64,000 nt of DNA from Bacteroidales bacterium (GTDB lineage: Bacteria > Bacteroidota > Bacteroidia > Bacteroidales > UBA932). The number at the start of each line of letters is the position of its first letter. Position 1 is the first letter of the stretch. Under the pieces are notes generated by a model. It was not told the DNA's origin and searched no databases. It saw only the letters and a list, made by a program, of their open reading frames with translations. The stretch is from positions 18,956 through 82,955 of the forward strand of contig JAEETO010000001.1 in NCBI GenBank assembly GCA_016290385.1, written 5' to 3'. A program made the translations under genes and the position numbers. This document shows positions 50,920 through 59,126 of this stretch, piece after piece.

Positions 50920-50928
50920 GTTTCTGTA

Positions 50929-51150
50929 TCAATACTCCTCCTCGTCGAAAAAGAAGTCATCCTTTGTCGGATAATCGGGCCAGATGTCTTCGATGGAATC
51001 GTACACTTCGCCGTCTTCCTCCAGGTCTTCAAGATTCTCGATCACTTCGAGCGGAGCTCCCGAGCGGGTGGCATAATCGATGAGTTCTTCCCGGGTTGCG
51101 GGCCACGGGGCATCTTCCAGTTTGGATGCGAGTTCCAGTGTCCAATACAT
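50929..51150 (-). CDS. DUF2795-like small acidic protein
   Basis: MYWTLELASKLEDAPWPATREELIDYATRSGAPLEVIENL matches the DUF2795 pattern as I recall it. ATG 51150. Confidence 0.55.
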   Translation of the reverse strand: MYWTLELASKLEDAPWPATREELIDYATRSGAPLEVIENLEDLEEDGEVYDSIEDIWPDYPTKDDFFFDEEEY

Positions 51151-51230
51151 ACGCGAATCGTTCTTAGTTTTCTTGAAATGGGCCGCAAATATATAAAAAA
51201 ATCGATACAGCAAAATATTTATATAAATAT

Positions 51231-51749
51231 TTACGGGAGCCAGTAGTCGTCGTGACCCGCGCAGAAGTATCTTGCCAGCGTGAACAGGTAATCACTCAGG
51301 CGGTTGATGTAACGGATCGCCCGTTCGTCCTGCTCCGATTTTCCTTCGATCAGCACGGCGCTGCGCTCGGCACGCCTGCATACGGTCCGGGCTACATGGG
51401 CCAGCGAGGAAGCACGGGGCTGGCCCGGCAGGACGAAGGCTTTCTGCGGGGGAAGCTCGGCCGTCATCCGGTCGATCTCTTTCTCCAGGAACTGTGTCTC
51501 GGCCTCATCAAGCGGCTTCAGCTTGACCGACCGGCCATCGTTGGCCAGATGGGCGCTGACGTTCATCAGGTGGATCTGGATACGCCGCAGGGGCAGCGCC
51601 GTCTGCACCTCGCAGCGGAGCAATCCGAGACAGCTGATCAGTTCGTCGACATCGCCATAAGCCATCACCCGCGGATGTGCCTTGCTGACGCGGGTTCCGT
51701 CGACCAGCGATGTGGTGCCGGCATCACCGGTTTTCGTGTAGATCTTCAT
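51231..51749 (-). CDS. ATP:cob(I)alamin adenosyltransferase, PduO type
   Basis: MKIYTKTGDAGTTSL N-terminus and the ...RAERS... helical-bundle motifs. Confidence 0.8.
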   Translation of the reverse strand: MKIYTKTGDAGTTSLVDGTRVSKAHPRVMAYGDVDELISCLGLLRCEVQTALPLRRIQIHLMNVSAHLANDGRSVKLKPLDEAETQFLEKEIDRMTAELPPQKAFVLPGQPRASSLAHVARTVCRRAERSAVLIEGKSEQDERAIRYINRLSDYLFTLARYFCAGHDDYWLP

Positions 51750-52419
51750 CACTTTCAATTTTTCCGTCGCGCAGGCGGAGGATGCGGTGCGCATGCCGTG
51801 CGACCGCTTCCTCATGCGTGACTAGTATCACTGTATTTCCTTTACGATGGATGGCATCAAAAAGTTTCATCACTTCGCCGGTCGCCGCCGAATCGAGATT
51901 TCCGGTCGGCTCGTCGGCCAGGATGATGGACGGATGCATGATCAGGGCGCGGGCCACGGCCACCCGCTGCCGCTGTCCGCCCGAAAGGGCGTCGGGACGG
52001 TGCAGCATCCGGTCGGAAAGCCCCACTTTGCACAATTCCTCCGCAGCCCGGCGCAGCCGTTCTTCCTTGCGTATGCCCGCATATTCCAGCGGAACGGCCA
52101 CGTTTTCAAGCGCATTCATGCGCGGCAACAGGTTGAACGACTGGAACACGAAACCGATCTCGCGGTTGCGGACGCCCGAAAGCATGTCGTCGTCCAGCGT
52201 TCCGACATCCAGCCCCCGCAGGCGGTAGCGGCCCGATGTCGGAACGTCGAGGCAGCCCAGGATGTTCATCAAGGTTGATTTTCCGGAACCCGAAGGGCCC
52301 ATGATGGCGACATAGGTTCCTTTTTCGATTCGAAGGTCGATTCCGTCAAGCGCCCGTACCACACTGTCGCCCGCGTGATAGTGCTTCCTGACTCCCTCCA
52401 TGCAGATCAATTCGCTCAT
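51724..52419 (-). CDS. ABC transporter ATP-binding protein (MacB/LolD-like)
   Basis: Walker A GPSGSGKST, signature LSGGQRQR, Walker B IILADEPT. ATG 52419 (MSELICMEGV). Confidence 0.85.
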   Translation of the reverse strand: MSELICMEGVRKHYHAGDSVVRALDGIDLRIEKGTYVAIMGPSGSGKSTLMNILGCLDVPTSGRYRLRGLDVGTLDDDMLSGVRNREIGFVFQSFNLLPRMNALENVAVPLEYAGIRKEERLRRAAEELCKVGLSDRMLHRPDALSGGQRQRVAVARALIMHPSIILADEPTGNLDSAATGEVMKLFDAIHRKGNTVILVTHEEAVARHAHRILRLRDGKIESDEDLHENR

Positions 52420-53203
52420 AGCACTGGTACAAAGTATCGACGGCCCGGCGTCCTTCTTCTCCCAAATCGAGGGAAAAGTCGTTGACGAACATGTCGATGT
52501 GTTTTCGCTGGATCTCTGCCGACAGCTCGCGGGCGTACGAGGCGACATAGGCGCGCGAGTCTTCCGGATGGGCGAATGCATGGGCGATGCTCCGGTGCAG
52601 CACGCGGCTGAAAGATGCAGCAATTTCCGGGCCAAGGGTCCGTCGGACGGCAATGCCGCCCAGCGGGATGGGGCAGCCAGAGGACTCCTGCCACCAGGAC
52701 CCCAGGTCGCGGACCAGTTCCAGTCCTTTGTCCCGATAAGTGAAGCGGCCTTCATGGATCAGCACGCCCAGGTCGGCCTCGCCGCGCGACACGGAGCCTT
52801 CGATCTCGGAGAAAAGCATCGGAACCTGTTCGCCCAGGCCCGGATATGCCAGCAAGCAGAGCAGGGCGCCCGTCGTGAAGCGGCCGGGGACGGCGATACG
52901 AAGCGGACGGCGGTCCAGTACGGCGCTGTCGCCGGCGCGGCGCACCAGCAGCGGGCCGCAGTCCCAGCCCAGGGCTGATCCGACATCGAGCATGGCGTAG
53001 GCATCACGGACGGTAAACCAGCCATGATAGCTGAGTTTCGAGACGTCGTACACCCCGCGCTGCGCGCGTTCGTTGAGTTCTTCCACATCATGGATATCGA
53101 CATCGAAGGACAGTCCCTCGGTATCGACCAGGCAGTGGACCAGGGCGTGGAACATGAAAGTGTCGTTGGGACAGGAGGAAAAGGCGAGGCTAAGTTTCTT
53201 CAC
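52346..53203 (-). CDS. mqnD: 1,4-dihydroxy-6-naphthoate synthase (futalosine pathway)
   Basis: LSLAFSSCPNDTFMFHALVH...DVSKLSYH... blocks. The only start compatible with the upstream stop is GTG 53203. Confidence 0.7.
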   Translation of the reverse strand: MKKLSLAFSSCPNDTFMFHALVHCLVDTEGLSFDVDIHDVEELNERAQRGVYDVSKLSYHGWFTVRDAYAMLDVGSALGWDCGPLLVRRAGDSAVLDRRPLRIAVPGRFTTGALLCLLAYPGLGEQVPMLFSEIEGSVSRGEADLGVLIHEGRFTYRDKGLELVRDLGSWWQESSGCPIPLGGIAVRRTLGPEIAASFSRVLHRSIAHAFAHPEDSRAYVASYARELSAEIQRKHIDMFVNDFSLDLGEEGRRAVDTLYQCYERIDLHGGSQEALSRGRQCGTGA

Positions 53204-53208
53204 TTCGT

Positions 53209-53757
53209 TCAGTTCAATGACAGGTTGTTTCGGAATGTGCAAAGGGCGGACTGAAGGTTCCGGAGGGCCAGGGGGATGTTCCAGCGGGCGTGGTCGCGCT
53301 CCCCCACTTCGTTCGAGACTGCGCGGACTTCGGCGAAAGCACATCCCTGCTGCAGACAACATGCGAAGAAGGCGGCACCTTCCATGGTTTCCACGTCATA
53401 TTCGACCTGGCGGAAACGGTCGTCCAGCTCCCGAACGGTATTGCCGGCAGCCACGGGCAGGAAATCCAGTGCCGGACAAGGGGCAGGCTGCTGCTGCAAA
53501 AGACCGGGTTGATCGCCGCATCGTTCGGATATCACCTGCACCACGTCGCCGACCGCAGGGCCGCCGGGACGGCCGCCGGCGATGCCCACATCTACGACCA
53601 GGTCGTAGGAGGCACCGTCGGAGAACTTTTGTTCCAATGCCTGCCGCGTAGCATCGGCACCCCAGCCGCCCAGCAGGTAATCGGCCGGGGATCCTTTCCA
53701 GGCAGCACGGGCCGCTTCCAGTTCAAAATCAACGGCTGCGACGAACAAAATCCGCAT
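53209..53757 (-). CDS. mqnB: Futalosine hydrolase (MTA/SAH-nucleosidase family)
   Basis: MRILFVAAVDFE... and VETMEGAAFF nucleosidase motifs. Adjacent to mqnD. Confidence 0.7.
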   Translation of the reverse strand: MRILFVAAVDFELEAARAAWKGSPADYLLGGWGADATRQALEQKFSDGASYDLVVDVGIAGGRPGGPAVGDVVQVISERCGDQPGLLQQQPAPCPALDFLPVAAGNTVRELDDRFRQVEYDVETMEGAAFFACCLQQGCAFAEVRAVSNEVGERDHARWNIPLALRNLQSALCTFRNNLSLN

Positions 53758-53832
53758 AATTGCAATTTAAAGTTTGAAAAGACGAAAATAATGAAAATAA
53801 TTAGTAACTTGCCATAATTTTAGGAAATAACC

Positions 53833-54432
53833 ATGGCTGACCAGAAAGAGGAACAATTCGACGAAACGATTACCCGGCAGTTGAGCGGGCACTACCATGA
53901 GATTCTCCGCCTCCTCGGGGAAGACCCCGCCCGGGAGGGTCTGATGAAGACCCCGCTGCGCGTGGCCCGTTCCATGCAGTTCCTCACCAGGGGCTATCAG
54001 GAAGACGGTGCGGAAATCCTCCGTTCGGCCATGTTCCAGGAAGAATACCACCAGATGGTGGTGGTCAAGGACATCGAACTCTACTCGATGTGCGAGCACC
54101 ACATGCTGCCCTTCTACGGAAAGGCGCACGTGGCCTACATTCCGGACGGCTATATCACGGGCCTGAGCAAGATTGCCCGCGTCGTGGAAACCTACGCCCG
54201 CCGGCTTCAGGTCCAGGAGCGTCTCACCGTCCAGATCCGCGACTGCATCCAGGATACCCTGCACCCGCTCGGCGTGGCCGTCGTCATCGAAGCCGCCCAC
54301 ATGTGCATGCAGGTGCGCGGAGTCCAGAAACAGAATTCAGTGACCACGACCTCCGCCTTTACCGGCGTCTTTCTCAAGGACATCCGCACCCGCGGAGAAT
54401 TCATGACCATCATAGGAGCCAAACTGCATTAG
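53833..54432 (+). CDS. folE: GTP cyclohydrolase I
   Basis: [23 protein letters not shown] and RLQVQERLT motifs. Confidence 0.9.
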   Translation: MADQKEEQFDETITRQLSGHYHEILRLLGEDPAREGLMKTPLRVARSMQFLTRGYQEDGAEILRSAMFQEEYHQMVVVKDIELYSMCEHHMLPFYGKAHVAYIPDGYITGLSKIARVVETYARRLQVQERLTVQIRDCIQDTLHPLGVAVVIEAAHMCMQVRGVQKQNSVTTTSAFTGVFLKDIRTRGEFMTIIGAKLH

Positions 54433-54435
54433 GAT

Positions 54436-55785
54436 ATGAAAATCGTCATCGCCGGAGCCGGAGAAGTTGGATGCCACTTGGCCAAGATGCTGAGTGAAGG
54501 CTACCACGAGATCACCATCATCGACAACGACGAGGAGCGGCTTGCCCTGGTCACCGAGAGCATGGACGTGCTCACCGTGCAGGGAAACCCCACTTCCATC
54601 AAGGTCCTCAAATCGGCCGGCGTCGACAAGGCCGACCTGTTCGTAGCCGTCAACCCGGCCAAGCAGCAGGATGTCAACCTGGTGTCGGCCATCATCGCCA
54701 AAAAGCTGGGCGCCAAGAAGGTGACGGCCCGTATCAACGAGGCCGAATACCTCAACTATGACAACAAGCTCATGTTTACCGACATGGGCATTGACCTGCT
54801 CTTCTATCCCGAAAAGATCGCCGCCACGGAAATCGGCGACCTGCTCAAGCAGTCCGACGTGTCGGAATTCGTGGACTTTGCGCGCGGCCAGCTGCAAATG
54901 GTCGTCTTCCGCATCGATGAAGATTCCAAGCTGCTCAACAAGACCAGCGCCGACCTCCCCTACGATCCCTACAACCTGCCCTTCCGCATCGTTGCGATCA
55001 CCCGGGGCGGTGAAACCCTGATTCCCCAGCGCGACACGCTCTTCAAACGCGGCGACATGGCTTATGTCGTTACGAAAAAGGAATTTGTCGACGACCTGAT
55101 GGCCCTTTCGGGCAAGCATTACCTCGACATCAAACGGCTCACCATCCTGGGCGGCGGACGCATCGGCGAAATGGTGGCTGCCCAGTTCGAGAAGAATGCC
55201 GAGTTCGTCAAGATCATCGAGATCAACCGCGAACGCTGCGAGGTCCTCTCCGAAAATCTCAACCGAACGCTCGTTATCAACGGCGACGGACGCAATTCAG
55301 ATTTCCTCTATGAAGAAGACGTCAAGAGCTGCGATGCCTTCGTGGCCGTGACCTCGAGTTCAGAGACCAATATCCTGGCCTGCGTGGCCGCCAAGAAGAT
55401 GGGCGTGGCCAAGACCATCGCCGAAGTCGAGAACATCGAATACATCAAACTGGCCGAAGGCATGGGCGTCGACGCCGTGATCAACAAGAAAATCATCACC
55501 GCCGGCCGTATCTTCCGCTTCACCATGAGCAACAAGGTCCGGACGGTCAAGGTAATCGGCGGCTCCGACGCAGAAGTCATCGAATATATCGTCAATCCCG
55601 AAAGCCAGATCACCAAGGCGCCCATCGGCGAGCTCAACCTTCCGCAGGACGCCATCATCGGCGGCATCATCCGCGGCAACGAGGCCATCATCGCTTCCGA
55701 CCAGACCCTCATCCGGCCATACGACCGTGTCGTGATCTTCGCCCTGCCCACCGCACTCGGGAAAATCGAAAAATTCTTCGCCTGA
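54436..55785 (+). CDS. trkA: Trk potassium uptake system NAD-binding subunit
   Basis: MKIVIAGAGEVG and a second Rossmann repeat ILGGGRIG. Duplicated TrkA-N/TrkA-C layout. Confidence 0.9.
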   Translation: MKIVIAGAGEVGCHLAKMLSEGYHEITIIDNDEERLALVTESMDVLTVQGNPTSIKVLKSAGVDKADLFVAVNPAKQQDVNLVSAIIAKKLGAKKVTARINEAEYLNYDNKLMFTDMGIDLLFYPEKIAATEIGDLLKQSDVSEFVDFARGQLQMVVFRIDEDSKLLNKTSADLPYDPYNLPFRIVAITRGGETLIPQRDTLFKRGDMAYVVTKKEFVDDLMALSGKHYLDIKRLTILGGGRIGEMVAAQFEKNAEFVKIIEINRERCEVLSENLNRTLVINGDGRNSDFLYEEDVKSCDAFVAVTSSSETNILACVAAKKMGVAKTIAEVENIEYIKLAEGMGVDAVINKKIITAGRIFRFTMSNKVRTVKVIGGSDAEVIEYIVNPESQITKAPIGELNLPQDAIIGGIIRGNEAIIASDQTLIRPYDRVVIFALPTALGKIEKFFA

Positions 55786-55814
55786 ACTTTATTAACCCCA
55801 TAAAAATTGTTCTT

Positions 55815-57245
55815 ATGATCGAATACAAATTCAAAACTTCTGGCAAGACCCGTTCCGAGCACGACTTGCTGGGCGACAAGGATGTTCCCGTAGAGGCCCT
55901 CTTCGGCGTACAGACCCTCCGCTGCATCGAGAACTTCGACATCAGCCGCAATCTCCTCGGCGACCATCCGGAGTTCGTCAAGGCATTCGGCATCGTGAAG
56001 ATGGGTGCCATCCTCGCCAACCACGACCTCGGCCTCGTCTCCGACGAGATTACCGACGCCGTCGTGGCCGCCTGCAAGGAACTCATGGAAGGCAAGCACA
56101 CCGAGCACTTCCCGATCGACATGATCCAGGGCGGCGCCGGCACTTCTGCCAACATGAACGCCAATGAGGTGATCGCCAACCGCGCCCTCGAGATCCTGGG
56201 CAAGAAACACGGCGACTACAAGGTGATCCACCCGAACGACCACATCAACATGGCCCAGTCGACCAACGACGCCTACCCGACCGCCATGCACCTGGGTCTC
56301 TATATGATCCACCAGGACCTGATGGCCGCCCTCAAGGCTCTCGCCAAGGCCTTCCGTGCCAAACAGCGCAGCTTTGCCAACATCATCAAGATGGGCCGCA
56401 CCCAGCTGCAGGACGCCGTGCCGATGACCCTCGGCCAGACCTTCGGCGCCTTCGCCACCGCTGTCGAGACCGAAATGAAACGCCTCGACGCCGCTGCCCA
56501 GGAATTCCTTGTGATCAATATGGGCGCCACCGCCATCGGTACCGGCATCACCGCCGAACCGGGCTATGCGGAAGCCTGCACCAAGCACATCAAGGAGATT
56601 TCCGGCTGGAAGATCTCGCTGGCCAAAGACCTCGTGGAAGCCACCAACGACACCTCCTGCATGGTCTGCTACCACGCTGAGCTGAAGAACATCGCCATCC
56701 GCATCTCCAAGATCTGCAACGACCTTCGCCTGCTGGCTTCCGGTCCCCGCACCGGCCTTGCCGAAATCAATCTTCCGCCGAAACAGCCGGGCAGCTCCAT
56801 CATGCCGGGCAAGGTCAACCCCGTGATTCCCGAGGTGACCAACCAGGTCTGCTTCAAGGTGATCGGCAACGACACCTGCATCACCATGGCTTCCGAAGCC
56901 GCACAGCTGGAACTCAACGTCATGGAACCCGTGCTCGTGGAATCGATGGTCGAATCCATGACCTGGATGACCAATGCCCTCAACACCCTCCGTCTGGAGT
57001 GCGTCGACGGCATCACCGCCAACAAGAAGCACTGCAAGTCCCTGGCAGAACACAGCATCGGCATCGTGACCGCCCTCAAGCCGTACATCGGCTATGCCAA
57101 GTGCACCGAGGTCGCCAAGGAAGCCCTCATCACCGGCGGCAGCGTCTACCAGCTCGTCCTCGACAAGGGCTATCTCACCAAGGCCCAGCTCGACAAGATT
57201 CTCGATCCGAAGAACATGGTCAAACCCACGAAGGTGGAGCTCTAG
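55815..57245 (+). CDS. aspA: Aspartate ammonia-lyase
   Basis: GSSIMPGKVNP signature and TQLQDAVPMTLGQ. Confidence 0.9.
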   Translation: MIEYKFKTSGKTRSEHDLLGDKDVPVEALFGVQTLRCIENFDISRNLLGDHPEFVKAFGIVKMGAILANHDLGLVSDEITDAVVAACKELMEGKHTEHFPIDMIQGGAGTSANMNANEVIANRALEILGKKHGDYKVIHPNDHINMAQSTNDAYPTAMHLGLYMIHQDLMAALKALAKAFRAKQRSFANIIKMGRTQLQDAVPMTLGQTFGAFATAVETEMKRLDAAAQEFLVINMGATAIGTGITAEPGYAEACTKHIKEISGWKISLAKDLVEATNDTSCMVCYHAELKNIAIRISKICNDLRLLASGPRTGLAEINLPPKQPGSSIMPGKVNPVIPEVTNQVCFKVIGNDTCITMASEAAQLELNVMEPVLVESMVESMTWMTNALNTLRLECVDGITANKKHCKSLAEHSIGIVTALKPYIGYAKCTEVAKEALITGGSVYQLVLDKGYLTKAQLDKILDPKNMVKPTKVEL

Positions 57246-57604
57246 CCGTCCTTCATCCGTTCCCTGAGAGCGCAGGCCGTCAAGCCTGCGCTTTTTTTGA
57301 CGTAGCGGTTCATGGTATCGGCACTTGAGAAACCGCTCAGGAGGGCGAGCTCCTCAGGCGAAGCGTCAGGGTAGCGCCCCGATGCCATCAGCTCGATGGC
57401 ATGGGCCGCCCGGAACGAATTGACGAACTGCGGAAAACTGAGCCCCCTCCCCTTGAGCGCGCGTGTGATATAGGTCCGGTTCGTCAGCACTTCCCGCGCC
57501 AGGCAGTCACGCGTCAGGTCGTGTCGCAGGTAAAGTTGCCTTTCCAGCATCAATTGCTTCATTCTCTCATATACTTCGTCCGTATCAACCCGCTTTCGCC
57601 TCAT
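57242..57604 (-). CDS. AraC-type HTH domain protein (no sensor domain)
   Basis: Single AraC-like double-HTH region (LAREVLTNRTYITRALK...LLSGFSSADTMNRYVKK). Paralogous to the upstream gene. Confidence 0.6.
   Translation of the reverse strand: MRRKRVDTDEVYERMKQLMLERQLYLRHDLTRDCLAREVLTNRTYITRALKGRGLSFPQFVNSFRAAHAIELMASGRYPDASPEELALLSGFSSADTMNRYVKKSAGLTACALRERMKDG
57269..57298 (+). terminator. Rho-independent terminator after aspA
   Basis: AGCGCAGGC-CGTCAA-GCCTGCGCT followed by TTTTTTT. It lies inside the 3' coding end of the convergent 120-aa HTH gene. Confidence 0.65.
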
Positions 57605-58142
57605 TCCTTTTTCGAAACTGTTTGCACCATTCGGCGGGCGTGAAACCCGTGTTCCTGCCGAAAGCCGTATTGAAAGTGGTCATCGAATTGAAACCGACCC
57701 TCCGGCATAGCTGGGTGATGGTAAGGTCCGGATTCTGCGCGTACAGGCGCATGGCCTCCCGGACACGGTAGTAATGCACCAGTTGACAAAAATTTTTTCC
57801 CATTTTCAGCTTTATGGTCTGCGCGAGGTAACTTTTGTTGGTGTAGAGCCGCTCAGCCAGGTCGCCGACGCGGATATCCGGGTTCAGGTAGAGTTTCTCG
57901 CGCTCCAGCACATTGCAGAGCCGCTCTTTCAGCTCTTCCATGTCTGCGTCTTTCAGGCTCGGGCCGGGATCCTCCAGTATCCGGTCGGCATGCGGGATGG
58001 CCAGGTCTTGGACGGGATATTCTTTCACCGTCTTCACATTTTCGGCCGGATGCGCGAGATGATGCCGTCGCAGGCGGTAAAACAGGTATACCAGCCCCGC
58101 AAGCAAAGGCAGGTAAGCGATCAATAAGACATAGTCGTTCAT
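57585..58142 (-). CDS. Membrane-anchored AraC-type HTH protein
   Basis: N-terminal TM helix (VLLIAYLPLLAGLVYLFY) plus an AraC HTH (LAERLYTNKSYLAQTIK...LCRRVGFNSMTTFNTAF). Confidence 0.65.
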   Translation of the reverse strand: MNDYVLLIAYLPLLAGLVYLFYRLRRHHLAHPAENVKTVKEYPVQDLAIPHADRILEDPGPSLKDADMEELKERLCNVLEREKLYLNPDIRVGDLAERLYTNKSYLAQTIKLKMGKNFCQLVHYYRVREAMRLYAQNPDLTITQLCRRVGFNSMTTFNTAFGRNTGFTPAEWCKQFRKRNEAKAG

Positions 58143-58229
58143 GGTTCCGTATTTTTAGTACGAAACTACAAACAAATCAGCCAACCGGTTCACTGCTAGG
58201 TATAACCGGCCTGTACTGGAAATATCCGT

Positions 58230-59126
58230 TTATTTTTTGATTACATCGAAACCGTAGCCATACACACCGGACACACTGCCCACCGAAATGAAGGCCTGCG
58301 GATCTTCCTCCTTGATCAAATTCAACAAAAGTTTCAACTCCGGTTTGCGGGCAATGACCAGGAGCACCGTGGATTCTGTCTTTGTGTACCAGCCCTTTCC
58401 TTCAAGTGCCGTAACGCCACGATGTACGTCAGCGGTAATGCGGTCTGCAATCTTTTCATAATTTTTCGAAAAAATAAAGATTTGTACAGACTGCTTGGAA
58501 CCGGACACGAACAGGTCGAGCGCCACGCTGAAAACACCGGCCATCACATAACCGTACATCAGGTTGGCCACCCGCACGCCCCAGCTGCCTTCCGTCGGAA
58601 CGATGAGGGATGAACCGATGATAAACACGTCCAGGATGAGCAGGATCTTGCCGGGAGAGATGGCCCGGTACTTCGTAATCATCAGGGCGATGATATCGGT
58701 ACCGCCGGAACTGCCACCCTGGGAGAAAGTAAGCGAGATACCTAGTGCGGAGAGCGTACCGCCGATTATCACGCTGAGCAGCTTTCCGTTCTCGATGGCG
58801 ATGATGCGGATGAACTCCTCCGGAATGACCATCGGCATGAAGCGCAGCAACAGGGTGGTAACCACCATCGCATAGATGGTCTTCACGCCGAACGACGGGC
58901 CCAGCACCTTGAGCGCAATCAGCAGCAGGATGCCGTTGATGATGAAGAAGGAGTAGCTCACGTTGAAACCGGTGCAGTACTGGATCACGGCCGAGATACC
59001 GGTTACGCCGCCACCGACCAGCTGGTGGGGAATGATGAAGACGACCCAGGCCAGCACGTAGAGGATGAGGCCGAGAGTGATGATGGCGTAGGACTTGAAA
59101 GTCGCCAGGAATTTGCTCTTTTCCAT
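58230..59126 (-). CDS. YitT-family membrane protein (with DUF2179-like C-terminal domain)
   Basis: LVGGGVTGISAVIQY and GGSSGGTDIIA repeats. ATG 59126 overlaps the leuS TAA (TAATG). The ORF-track extension to 59465 was rejected. Confidence 0.75.
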   Translation of the reverse strand: MEKSKFLATFKSYAIITLGLILYVLAWVVFIIPHQLVGGGVTGISAVIQYCTGFNVSYSFFIINGILLLIALKVLGPSFGVKTIYAMVVTTLLLRFMPMVIPEEFIRIIAIENGKLLSVIIGGTLSALGISLTFSQGGSSGGTDIIALMITKYRAISPGKILLILDVFIIGSSLIVPTEGSWGVRVANLMYGYVMAGVFSVALDLFVSGSKQSVQIFIFSKNYEKIADRITADVHRGVTALEGKGWYTKTESTVLLVIARKPELKLLLNLIKEEDPQAFISVGSVSGVYGYGFDVIKK

